Part shown: positions 1-7,828 of the stretch, piece by piece | How the letters are laid out: each line of letters starts with the position of its first letter | Numbering within the stretch: position 1 is the first letter of the stretch | Assembly (NCBI GenBank): GCA_964402565.1 | Contig: CAYOCJ010000001.1 | Location: forward strand, 96,079 to 160,078 | Source: an uncultured Gammaproteobacteria bacterium | GTDB lineage: Bacteria > Patescibacteriota > Patescibacteriia > UBA1558 > 2-01-FULL-52-15 | DNA length: 64,000 nucleotides | Direction: 5' to 3' | The notes under the pieces: generated by a model | The model's database searches: none | Told to the model about the DNA's origin: nothing | What the model saw: the letters and a program-made list of their open reading frames with translations, nothing else | Made by a program: the position numbers and the translations under genes

Positions 1-881
1 CCGATCTGATAGGGAAGAAGGTCATACTCGTCGACTTCTGGACCTATAGCTGCATCAATTGTCAGCGCACAACACCATACCTGAACGCGTGGTATGACAA
101 ATATAAAGATCAGGGCCTCGAGATCATTGGCGTGCATACACCAGAGTTCGATTTTGAAAAAGTGTATGACAATGTAAAGAAAGCAGTTGAAAAAGAAGGC
201 ATTAAATTCCCCGTTGTCCTCGACAATGATTATTCAACGTGGATGTCGTATCGCAACCAGTACTGGCCGCGCAAGTATCTGATCGATATCGACGGGTACA
301 TCGTGTATGACCATATCGGCGAAGGCGGATATGATGAGACCGAGCAGAAAATTCAGGAAGCGCTCGCCGAACGAATGAGCGCTTTACATGAACAGGGTAC
401 CGTGCAATCAGGCATGGTTTCTCCTGACCATGTGGAAGTGCCGAAAGCCCAGAGTCCTGAAACGTACTTTGGCGCAGGTAGAAATCATCTGGGTTCTGGT
501 GCATCACAATCAGTAGGCACACAAACCCTGTCGAGGCCGACAACATTGAATGATGATACTGCCTACTTGGTTGGTGATTGGGACTTTACTTCCGAATATG
601 CACGCACGACTGGCAACTCTGCGAGTATTCTCTTCCGCTATTCGGCTGAAAATGTGTATTTTGTCGCAAGCGGCGAGACGCCGGTTCGTGTGAAAGTATT
701 GATCGATGGCCAGCCAGCGGGCGATCGTGCTGGCGCGGATGTCGATAGCGACGGATATGCGACCATCAGCGGCGATTCGCTCTATGAATTGATCGCTGAT
801 CCGAAAGGCGTAGGCACGCACACCATTGAATTGCAGATAGAAAAACCTGGTCTCAAAGCATTTACATTTACCTTCGGTTAG
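1..881 (+). CDS. DipZ-like thioredoxin/redoxin protein with C-terminal beta-sandwich (5' partial)
   Basis: Frame open from base 3: VILVDFWTYSCINC (CxxC thioredoxin motif), YWPRKYLID, SPETYFG, ends AFTFTFG as in DipZ C-terminal domains. Confidence 0.85.
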   Translation, partial: DLIGKKVILVDFWTYSCINCQRTTPYLNAWYDKYKDQGLEIIGVHTPEFDFEKVYDNVKKAVEKEGIKFPVVLDNDYSTWMSYRNQYWPRKYLIDIDGYIVYDHIGEGGYDETEQKIQEALAERMSALHEQGTVQSGMVSPDHVEVPKAQSPETYFGAGRNHLGSGASQSVGTQTLSRPTTLNDDTAYLVGDWDFTSEYARTTGNSASILFRYSAENVYFVASGETPVRVKVLIDGQPAGDRAGADVDSDGYATISGDSLYELIADPKGVGTHTIELQIEKPGLKAFTFTFG

Positions 882-895
882 AACAGCGGTATACT
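867..895 (+). promoter_or_regulatory. sigma70-like promoter for the downstream structured RNA
   Basis: TTTACC (867-872), 17 bp spacer, TATACT (890-895). Confidence 0.5.
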
Positions 896-902
896 TATAC
901 CA

Positions 903-1029
903 GACCTGAGAGCAACGGGGGGAAAGATTAACCCTCACGCCAACCTCCGGGGAAATACCGCGCGATGTTCGCGTAGCCCGAACAGGCAGGCACAAGAATG
1001 GTTTCTCAAGCCCCTAACACTCTCATGTC
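903..1029 (+). ncRNA. candidate 6S-like RNA (long imperfect hairpin with internal bubbles)
   Basis: Nested complementarity GAC-TGAGAG/CTCTCA-GTC, GGGG/CCCC, AACC/GGTT, GCC/GGC, CGGG/CCCG, CGCGA/TCGCG. Has its own promoter and terminator, and no credible ORF. Confidence 0.45.
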
Positions 1030-1035
1030 CCCCTC

Positions 1036-1071
1036 GGGGCTGTTCGTTTTTTGGACAGCCCCAAATTTTTT
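1036..1071 (+). terminator. intrinsic terminator
   Basis: GGGGCTGTTC-loop-GGACAGCCCC followed by a T-run. Confidence 0.65.
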
Positions 1072-1177
1072 GATAGTCTTGCGATTTTTTGACCTATTGG
1101 GTATGGTGTGCTGTGAACTTGTTTCACTTTGTACTTTTCACAATGAGGAATAATCGACCATACACAGGAGGTGTACG

Positions 1178-1981
1178 ATGGCGATGCCCATCAATCTGAT
1201 CCTCGTTCGGCACGGAGAGTCCGAAGGCAACCTTGCGAATGATTTGTCACGGAAGGGCGATCACAGCGCTTTCACAGAAGAATTCAAGAAGAGATCCAGC
1301 GCTCACTGGAGACTTACGGACCGGGGACGTTCGCAGGCACGCGCTGCCGGCCAGTGGCTCAGAATGAATTTTTCAGATCCGTTCGACCGGCGCTATAGCT
1401 CGGATTTCATCCGAGCTCTTGAAACGGCCGGCAATCTGGGCATCCCGGGGCCTTGGTTCAGGGAGGTATACCTGACCGAACGCAGCTGGGGGCAGCTCGA
1501 CGTCATGTCGCAGCAGGAGCGCGAAGAGCGCTTCGCCGAAGAAATGGCGCGTAGAGAGCGCGACAACATGTACTGGAGCCCGAGCGGAGGAGAGACAGCG
1601 ATTGATGTCTGTGTTCGCCTCTACCCGATCTTTCACATGCTGCACCGCGAGTGCAGCGACATGAACGTGCTGATGGTGTGTCACGGCGATGTCATCAGAC
1701 CGGTCATGTCGCGTCTCCAGAGGATGACCCAGCAGCAGTACGAAGCGATGTCGATGTCCAGAGATCCGCTGGATCGGATCCATAACTGCCAGATCGTGCA
1801 TTATACCAGACGCAATCCTGATACCGGCGAGCTTTCCAGGCATCTGAACTGGGTCAAGAAAGTATGTCCCTGGGATGCGAAGCTTTCGCGCGGCACCTGG
1901 CAGTACTTCGATCGCCCTCGGTACACGAGCGCCGATCTGCTCAAAGAGGTCGAGGCGTATCCTCAATTGGTCAACAGTTAG
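1178..1981 (+). CDS. histidine phosphatase (phosphoglycerate mutase-like) family protein
   Basis: LVRHGESEGN (RHG motif), LTDRG, SSDFIRALETA, VCHG. SD AGGAGG upstream. Confidence 0.88.
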   Translation: MAMPINLILVRHGESEGNLANDLSRKGDHSAFTEEFKKRSSAHWRLTDRGRSQARAAGQWLRMNFSDPFDRRYSSDFIRALETAGNLGIPGPWFREVYLTERSWGQLDVMSQQEREERFAEEMARRERDNMYWSPSGGETAIDVCVRLYPIFHMLHRECSDMNVLMVCHGDVIRPVMSRLQRMTQQQYEAMSMSRDPLDRIHNCQIVHYTRRNPDTGELSRHLNWVKKVCPWDAKLSRGTWQYFDRPRYTSADLLKEVEAYPQLVNS

Positions 1982-2024
1982 CTCATGCTTGTTTTCGGGA
2001 GAGGACAGACACTCTCCCGTTCCT

Positions 2025-2098
2025 GGGCCCGTAGTAAAGTGGTATTACATGGCATTCGCATTGCTAAGGCGGGAGTTCGATTCTCCCCGGGTCCACCA
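2025..2098 (+). tRNA. tRNA-Ala (anticodon CGC)
   Basis: Acceptor GGGCCCG/CGGGTCC with G3:U70, anticodon arm TGGCA-TTCGCAT-TGCTA, T arm GGGAG-TTCGATT-CTCCC, encoded CCA end. Confidence 0.95.
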
Positions 2099-2125
2099 GA
2101 GTGAAAATGTGATAGAATAGTAGTA

Positions 2126-2395
2126 ATGGCTTTTGAATTACCACAACAGCGAGTAGATGATCCAGCTTTTTTAGAGAAATTCCTCGATACTGTTGCTGAT
2201 GAATTGGAAGAATTAGCAACAAGTCCTGATCATCAATTTTCTGACAGCGAGCTCGATATTGTAAAGAATTTTCGCGAACATAAGAAACTACCGAGAGAGC
2301 ATCTCTGGTTCCACAATTTGCTCGTTCGAGTTGGACAAGATTTTCGATTAACGCCGGATGAGATAGAGGTATTGCGTGACAAGTTTTTGGAATAA
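2126..2395 (+). CDS. small acidic hypothetical protein
   Basis: 89-aa ORF; extended -10 TGaTAGAAT 7 nt before the ATG. Confidence 0.6.
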   Translation: MAFELPQQRVDDPAFLEKFLDTVADELEELATSPDHQFSDSELDIVKNFREHKKLPREHLWFHNLLVRVGQDFRLTPDEIEVLRDKFLE

Positions 2396-2453
2396 GCCTT
2401 TACTTTTTTTCGCTTTCTGATATCTTAACTATATTGTTCTTTAACATCAGCTA

Positions 2454-2567
2454 GTTATCCAGAGTGAGCCGAGGGATTTGGCCCTATGACGCTCCAACAA
2501 CCTATCCTGACTTTTATAAGTATGGATAAGGTGCTTCTTCCAACCGCGAAGTCTGCGGAAAGATAAT
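2454..2567 (+). promoter_or_regulatory. SAM-I (S-box) riboswitch
   Basis: TTATCCAGAG...GAGGGA-TTGGCCC-ATGA...CAACC...AAGGTGCT...TCC...AAAGATAA matches the S-box consensus. P1 is GTTATC/GATAAT. Lies upstream of metK. Confidence 0.88.
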
Positions 2568-2597
2568 CAACTGTGTTAAAGATGTCCCATCTCAAAC

Positions 2598-2629
2598 AGT
2601 ACCATGCTTTCGCAGGGTATTTTTTGTTT
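2598..2629 (+). terminator. probable riboswitch expression-platform terminator
   Basis: AGTACCaTGC-TTTC-GCAgGGTATT followed by a T-run. Confidence 0.55.
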
Positions 2630-2665
2630 CTATGATCGAGAGAAACTCGATCAAAAGGAGACGGT

Positions 2666-2893
2666 ATGCATGATTTGGCGACCTTGGCACGATTGAATTC
2701 AGAAGCAGTTGACCGCGAGGCGCGACGTGATCTGCGCTATCGAGAAGCTTCACAGCGATTGTCCGAAAAGGGCTATCGCGCGGAGCCGATTTTTGCAGAT
2801 GGACGACTCGTCGCAGTTCGTTACTTCATGCACGGAAAAGAGAATGGCATCATCTTTTTTGGCCTGGAGTCTTTCCTTGCTTCACAAAGCTAG
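2666..2893 (+). CDS. small hypothetical protein
   Basis: 75-aa ORF with SD AAGGAG; followed by a 15-bp perfect hairpin (2899-2932). Confidence 0.6.
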   Translation: MHDLATLARLNSEAVDREARRDLRYREASQRLSEKGYRAEPIFADGRLVAVRYFMHGKENGIIFFGLESFLASQS

Positions 2894-2971
2894 GAAGTTG
2901 CAGGACGGTCTTCTCTCGAAGACCGTCCTGCAGGAATTTTAGTTTGCCTAAATTACGTAATAATAACGCGT

Positions 2972-3919
2972 ATGATTTTTCCTATTGAGAAAACATGTGA
3001 GTTTGTAACACCGAAGCATCCGGACAAAATGTGCGACTTTATTTCTGATTCGATCCTGGACGCTTTTCTAAGCGTCGATCACAAGAGCCGTGTGGCTATA
3101 GAAACGTTGGGCGGGCATGGCAGGATAGTGATTTGCGGCGAGGTGACCAGCAATGGCGTAGTGAATATTCAGGATGTGGTTCGTGGCATCGTCGGCGATA
3201 ATTTTATCATAGAGGTATACGTTACAGAGCAAAGTCCTGAGATAGCTGCCGGTGTAGATACCGGGGGCGCAGGAGATCAAGGTATTATGGCAGGTTATGC
3301 AACAGCGGAGACAAAGAGCTTATTACCATATGAGTATGAGCTGGCCCGAACTTTATGCCAGAAAATATATGAGCATTACCCCTATGATGGTAAGGTGCAG
3401 GTAACCGCTCGGGATGGAAATGTAGCGACGGTTGTTGCGAGCTTTCAAAATACACATACATCAGAACTTACTTCACTCGTAAAACAGTATATAGAAGCCC
3501 AGGAGTATCTGATCAATCCTGCAGGTGAATGGCAGCTTGGCGGTTTTGATGCAGATGCCGGGCTTACGGGAAGAAAAATAATTATCGATAACTATGGCCC
3601 GCAGATTCCTGTCGGTGGAGGAGCGTTCTCTGGCAAAGACTACACTAAGGTGGATCGCAGCGCAGCGTATATGGCGCGCTATATAGCAACAGAGTATCTG
3701 AAAAAAACAGGCGCCCAGGAAGCGAATGTGAAAATCGCCTACGCAATCGGAAAAGCTGAACCCGTGATGGCCACCGTCATTCTCGATGGAAGAGTGGAGC
3801 GCATTAACGGGTTTGATTTACGTCCAAGGTCCATTGCCGCGTTGCTTGATTTGGCACAGCCGAGGTATGCCAAGACCAGTCAGTGGGGGCACTTTGGTTT
3901 AAGCTTTCCCTGGCGATAA
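2972..3919 (+). CDS. metK: S-adenosylmethionine synthetase (compact form)
   Basis: HPDK, GAGDQG, DAGLTGRK and GGGAFSGKDYTKVDRSAAY signatures. Confidence 0.95.
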   Translation: MIFPIEKTCEFVTPKHPDKMCDFISDSILDAFLSVDHKSRVAIETLGGHGRIVICGEVTSNGVVNIQDVVRGIVGDNFIIEVYVTEQSPEIAAGVDTGGAGDQGIMAGYATAETKSLLPYEYELARTLCQKIYEHYPYDGKVQVTARDGNVATVVASFQNTHTSELTSLVKQYIEAQEYLINPAGEWQLGGFDADAGLTGRKIIIDNYGPQIPVGGGAFSGKDYTKVDRSAAYMARYIATEYLKKTGAQEANVKIAYAIGKAEPVMATVILDGRVERINGFDLRPRSIAALLDLAQPRYAKTSQWGHFGLSFPWR

Positions 3920-3932
3920 TAGCAGTAGGCGC

Positions 3933-3978
3933 TTGACGTTTTTTATGACCATGCTAGTATGTGTATATAATACACTAA
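3933..3978 (+). promoter_or_regulatory. nrtR promoter overlapped by an NrtR-type operator
   Basis: TTGACG (3933), 16 bp spacer, TAGTAT (3955) with extended TG. Palindrome TATGTGT-N7-ACACTAA at 3958-3978. Confidence 0.7.
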
Positions 3979-3987
3979 GTTATACAC

Positions 3988-4662
3988 ATGAAGAATGTGC
4001 AGAAAAAGTACGATTTTGCGGTCATAGCTGTAGATACGGTTATTTTTACTGTTCGCGATAACGCCCTTCAGATATTACTCATGAAAATGAAAAAGGACCC
4101 GTACCAGAACTGCTGGGCTATTCCAGGAGGCTTGGTACAACCTGATGAATCCGTGGATACTGCAGCAGTCAGGCATCTCAAAGAAAAGACCGGTGTTGAT
4201 TCAGTCTATCTGGAGCAGCTTTATACGTTTGGCAAAGTGGATCGCGATCCATTTGGCCGAGTAGTGTCTGTCGCATACTATGCGCTTGTACCAAGTAATT
4301 CAATACATCTGAAGAAGCAAAGACAAGGGCCTGAAGTTACTTTCTTTCCGGTTAAAAAAGTCCCGCAGTTAGCGTATGACCATGCAACGATTTTGGATAC
4401 AGCAGTCAATCGCGTTAAAGCGAAATTGGCATATACCAATATCGTCTATAGCTTATTGCAGAAGGAGTTTACATTGCGGGACCTGCAGCAAACCTATGAA
4501 ATTATCTTAGGCAAGAAACTTGATAAGAGAAATTTTAGAAAAAAAATCTTTGCTTTGGATCTGGTCAGGAAGACAGGTCGCAGCGAGCGGGGAGCGGCAA
4601 ATAGGCCGGCTGAATTGTTTTCATTCAAGAGCACAAAAGCGCAGATAGTAGCGGTCCTTTGA
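3988..4662 (+). CDS. nrtR: NrtR family ADP-ribose-responsive repressor (Nudix + winged HTH)
   Basis: AVDTVIF, WAIPGG, degenerate Nudix box RHLKEKTG, LEQLYTFG..DRDP, LAYDH, FTL..LQ..YE, DKRNFRKK, RPAELF. Confidence 0.92.
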   Translation: MKNVQKKYDFAVIAVDTVIFTVRDNALQILLMKMKKDPYQNCWAIPGGLVQPDESVDTAAVRHLKEKTGVDSVYLEQLYTFGKVDRDPFGRVVSVAYYALVPSNSIHLKKQRQGPEVTFFPVKKVPQLAYDHATILDTAVNRVKAKLAYTNIVYSLLQKEFTLRDLQQTYEIILGKKLDKRNFRKKIFALDLVRKTGRSERGAANRPAELFSFKSTKAQIVAVL

Positions 4663-4679
4663 TATTTTTTTGTTCTTAG

Positions 4680-4700
4680 TTAGTGTGTAATTTACACTAA
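4680..4700 (+). promoter_or_regulatory. NrtR-type operator
   Basis: Perfect arms TTAGTGT-N7-ACACTAA, fitting the GT-N7-AC core of NrtR boxes. Confidence 0.75.
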
Positions 4701-4839
4701 TTAACAATTAAGCTGAGTTTATTGGAAAAAATGAAATTAGATGGGTTCGTGTAACCTATACATTCTTTTCATAAAATTCAGCTTAAATTAGCTGAATTTA
4801 ACTATAGTTCTTTGTTACGACAGTTGAACTTACAAAGAG

Positions 4840-4868
4840 TTGACTTTTTAGCCAATTTTTAGTAAGGT
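4840..4868 (+). promoter_or_regulatory. sigma70-like promoter for the island operon
   Basis: TTGACT, 17 bp spacer, TAAGGT. Followed by a hairpin (4872-4910) and a boxA-like GTTCCTTGAAAA. Confidence 0.55.
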
Positions 4869-4951
4869 TTCGGGTCTTCAAAACGGCACATGCCATGTTT
4901 TTGAGGACCCACCGGTTCCTTGAAAACTTGGTTTCTTACTGAATTGAAAAA

Positions 4952-5911
4952 ATGAGGTGCACTGTGTTTTTCAGACGCGATAAAACCGAGGACGCAGTAC
5001 CGCCGCAAGCACGTAGTATCGAACAAGTACAGACAGAAGAAGTCTCGGCAGATCTCACCGGTCAATTCCAATGCGCAGGCGGCACCGTCATCGGACGGGA
5101 GCATCGTCTGGCCGGAAAGAACGGACATGATGCATTTTGCATCGCTGTGACACCAACAGCAGTCATCGCAGTCGTAACAGACGGATGCGGCAGCGGCAGC
5201 CACAGCGAAGTCGGAGCAAAATTGGGCGCGCAGCTACTTCTCAGAAGCGCGCAAGGTTTTCTGCATGTCCTGGACGATCAGAAGCTATCACATGATCCCT
5301 CGCTGCTCGGCGAAGCATTTTGGCTTTGCGTGCAGAAGGATGTTGCATCGCGGTTGTATCTCCTGGCGGATTCTCTGCCAGGAAATCAAGTCGCGGCCAT
5401 CAACGACTACTTCTTGTTCTCGACGATGGCAGCCCTGATCACACCACAACATTCGTATGTTGTTTCATTTGGAGACGGTGTCTATGCCGTTAACGGTGTA
5501 GTGAGCGTGGTGGGTCCGTATCCGGGAAACGCGCCTCCGTATCTGATGTACTCGATGCTTCGTTCCTCGCTCATGCAACAAGATCCTTCGCAATTGAAGT
5601 TCCAGATCCGACAGTATCTGCCTACTTATGAGTTGGAGTCATTACTCCTGGGCTCGGACGGTGTTGTTGATCTGATCAACGAACAGGACGCGACGCTTCC
5701 TGGGAAGGAAGAGCTGGTCGGCCCGCTGTCTCAATTTTGGTCGAGTGACCGCTACTTCAAGAATCCTGACATCGTACGCCGAAGGCTTACGCTCATTAAT
5801 CGTGATGCAAGCCAGAGCGGAACAGAGGGAAGGATCCATACGGTAGGGCGCTTGCCAGATGACACGACGTTGGCCGTTGTGCGGAGGACTTGTCTTCGCG
5901 AGGAGAGCTGA
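4952..5911 (+). CDS. PP2C-family protein phosphatase (TerY-P type)
   Basis: G..H....N.HDA, VTDGCGS, GDG, GSDG and C-terminal DDTT metal-binding motifs. Exact start uncertain. Confidence 0.85.
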   Translation: MRCTVFFRRDKTEDAVPPQARSIEQVQTEEVSADLTGQFQCAGGTVIGREHRLAGKNGHDAFCIAVTPTAVIAVVTDGCGSGSHSEVGAKLGAQLLLRSAQGFLHVLDDQKLSHDPSLLGEAFWLCVQKDVASRLYLLADSLPGNQVAAINDYFLFSTMAALITPQHSYVVSFGDGVYAVNGVVSVVGPYPGNAPPYLMYSMLRSSLMQQDPSQLKFQIRQYLPTYELESLLLGSDGVVDLINEQDATLPGKEELVGPLSQFWSSDRYFKNPDIVRRRLTLINRDASQSGTEGRIHTVGRLPDDTTLAVVRRTCLREES

Positions 5912-7782
5912 TGGAAATTTACATCGGAGGAAAAAGGTTTCGCCTTGACCCGACCGATGCCATCGGCAAAGGCGGAGAGGCTGACGTGTTCAGGACTGTT
6001 CCTGGCCGCGTGGTGAAGGTCTTCAAGCAACCTGACCATCCCGATTATGCGGGGTCGCCCGTCGAACAAGCTGGCGCTCGTCGAAGGATCGACGTGCACC
6101 AGAAGAAACTTCCCGCATTTCCCGCTGGTCTGCCCGCTCAGGTGATAAGCCCTCTGCAGCTGGCCACTGACCGCTTGGGGACACGCATTCTCGGTTACGA
6201 GATGCAGTTCCTGGATGGAGCAGAGGTGCTGCTCAAATACGGCACTCGCAGTTTTAGAGATGCCGGAGTCGATAACGAGACCGTGCTGAAGGTTTTTCGC
6301 AGCTTGCATCAGACAACGGCCGGTGTGCATGGGAAACAGGTCGTGATCGGCGACAATAACGATCTCAATATCCTGGTTCACGGCACCGACGCATACCTGA
6401 TCGATGCAGATAGTTTCCAGTTCGGCCCGTTCACGTGCGACGTTTTTACTGTCGATTTCGTGGATCCGCTGTGCTGTGATCCGTCGCTCACGAACCTCAT
6501 GCTGAAAAAGCCGCATTCGGTCAATTCTGACTGGTATGCGTATTCTGTGATGCTCATGCGAAGCCTTCTCTTCGTCGGACCCTACGGTGGCATCTATCGC
6601 CCGAATGATCCGAAGAAGCGTCTGACCCAGCCTGAGCGTCCCCTGCATCGGGTAACTGTTTTCCATCCCGATGTTCGGTATCCGAAGCCGGCAGTTCCCT
6701 ATGGGGTTTTGCCGGATGAGCTTCTGCAACACTTTCACCTGACCTTCGAGAAAGACAAGCGCGGTGTATTCCCGCTTGCGATTCTCGAATCCATGCGTTG
6801 GACGCGTTGTATGAATTGCGGAATCGAACATGCGCGCGTTCGCTGCCCTGAATGTGCGGCAGCAGCGCCTGCAGCGGTGAAAGAAGCAGTACGAGTCCGC
6901 GGCACAGTCTCATCGGCCAGGATCTTCGCTACCACGGGTTCCATCGTGTACTCGACGGTGCAAGACGGGAAGATGCGATGGCTGTATCACGAGAACAACG
7001 CTTTTAAGCGAGAAGATGGATCGATCGCAATCGCGAGTTCCTTGGATCCCCAAATGCGTTTCCGCATCAGCGGAGACCGTACGGCGATCGGAAAAGGAAA
7101 TCAGGTTGCTGTCGTGAAAGGCAATTCGCTGCTAGAACGGAAAGCGGTCGATAGTTTCGGCAACATTCCCATGTTCGACGCGAATAGCTCTCACTTCTAC
7201 TGGAGCGCTGAGGGCGAATTACGACGCGACGATACCATAGCCGATCTCACGATCGGCGCGGTCTTGGCCAAACAGACCTTGTTCTGGGTCGGCCAGGAAT
7301 TCGGTTTCGGTCTATACCGAGCCGGGAATTACAGCGTTGCGTTCGTCTTCAATGCGGAAAGCCGAGGCATCAACGATTCGGTGAAGCTGCCGCCGTTGCG
7401 CGGACAGCTGGTGGATGCAATTTGTGCGTTCACGTCTCAACTTTGCTGGTTTTTCACTGCGACGCAGAATGCCGGCGTTACGACCCACGCGGTTACCGTG
7501 GTGGGACGCGACGGCAAGGTGCTTGCCACAGCGGAAAGCCCAGCAGATGACGAGGCGCATTGGTTGCATACGATCCGTGGTCATGCAGCGACAGGTAATT
7601 TTCTGTTCATTGCAACTGACGAAGGTATTGTCCGTTTGAAACTCGATAACGGACAGCTCGTCAGAGATAAGGAATATCCAGATACCGAACCGTTCGTGAA
7701 TGCGGGCTGCAGTTTGCATGTCAGTCCGAAAGGTTTGTATGTTGTTGATCGTAAGGAGGTTCGACTGCTGACAATATCGTAA
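5911..7782 (+). CDS. Ser/Thr/Tyr kinase-like protein with Zn ribbon and beta-rich C-terminal region (TerY-P type)
   Basis: GKGGEA Gly-loop, VKVF Lys, IGDNNDLN catalytic loop, IDADS, CMNC..CPEC. Coupled to the PP2C gene by a TGATG overlap with SD AGGAG. Confidence 0.85.
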   Translation: MEIYIGGKRFRLDPTDAIGKGGEADVFRTVPGRVVKVFKQPDHPDYAGSPVEQAGARRRIDVHQKKLPAFPAGLPAQVISPLQLATDRLGTRILGYEMQFLDGAEVLLKYGTRSFRDAGVDNETVLKVFRSLHQTTAGVHGKQVVIGDNNDLNILVHGTDAYLIDADSFQFGPFTCDVFTVDFVDPLCCDPSLTNLMLKKPHSVNSDWYAYSVMLMRSLLFVGPYGGIYRPNDPKKRLTQPERPLHRVTVFHPDVRYPKPAVPYGVLPDELLQHFHLTFEKDKRGVFPLAILESMRWTRCMNCGIEHARVRCPECAAAAPAAVKEAVRVRGTVSSARIFATTGSIVYSTVQDGKMRWLYHENNAFKREDGSIAIASSLDPQMRFRISGDRTAIGKGNQVAVVKGNSLLERKAVDSFGNIPMFDANSSHFYWSAEGELRRDDTIADLTIGAVLAKQTLFWVGQEFGFGLYRAGNYSVAFVFNAESRGINDSVKLPPLRGQLVDAICAFTSQLCWFFTATQNAGVTTHAVTVVGRDGKVLATAESPADDEAHWLHTIRGHAATGNFLFIATDEGIVRLKLDNGQLVRDKEYPDTEPFVNAGCSLHVSPKGLYVVDRKEVRLLTIS

Positions 7783-7828
7783 GCTTCGAAAACGTCCGCA
7801 TGACGATTTCCGTCACAAGGAGTGCAGG

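Noticed and set aside
1875-2120. 81-aa ORF spanning the tRNA
   Set aside because: It overlaps the phosphatase 3' end and a well-formed tRNA, so it is spurious.
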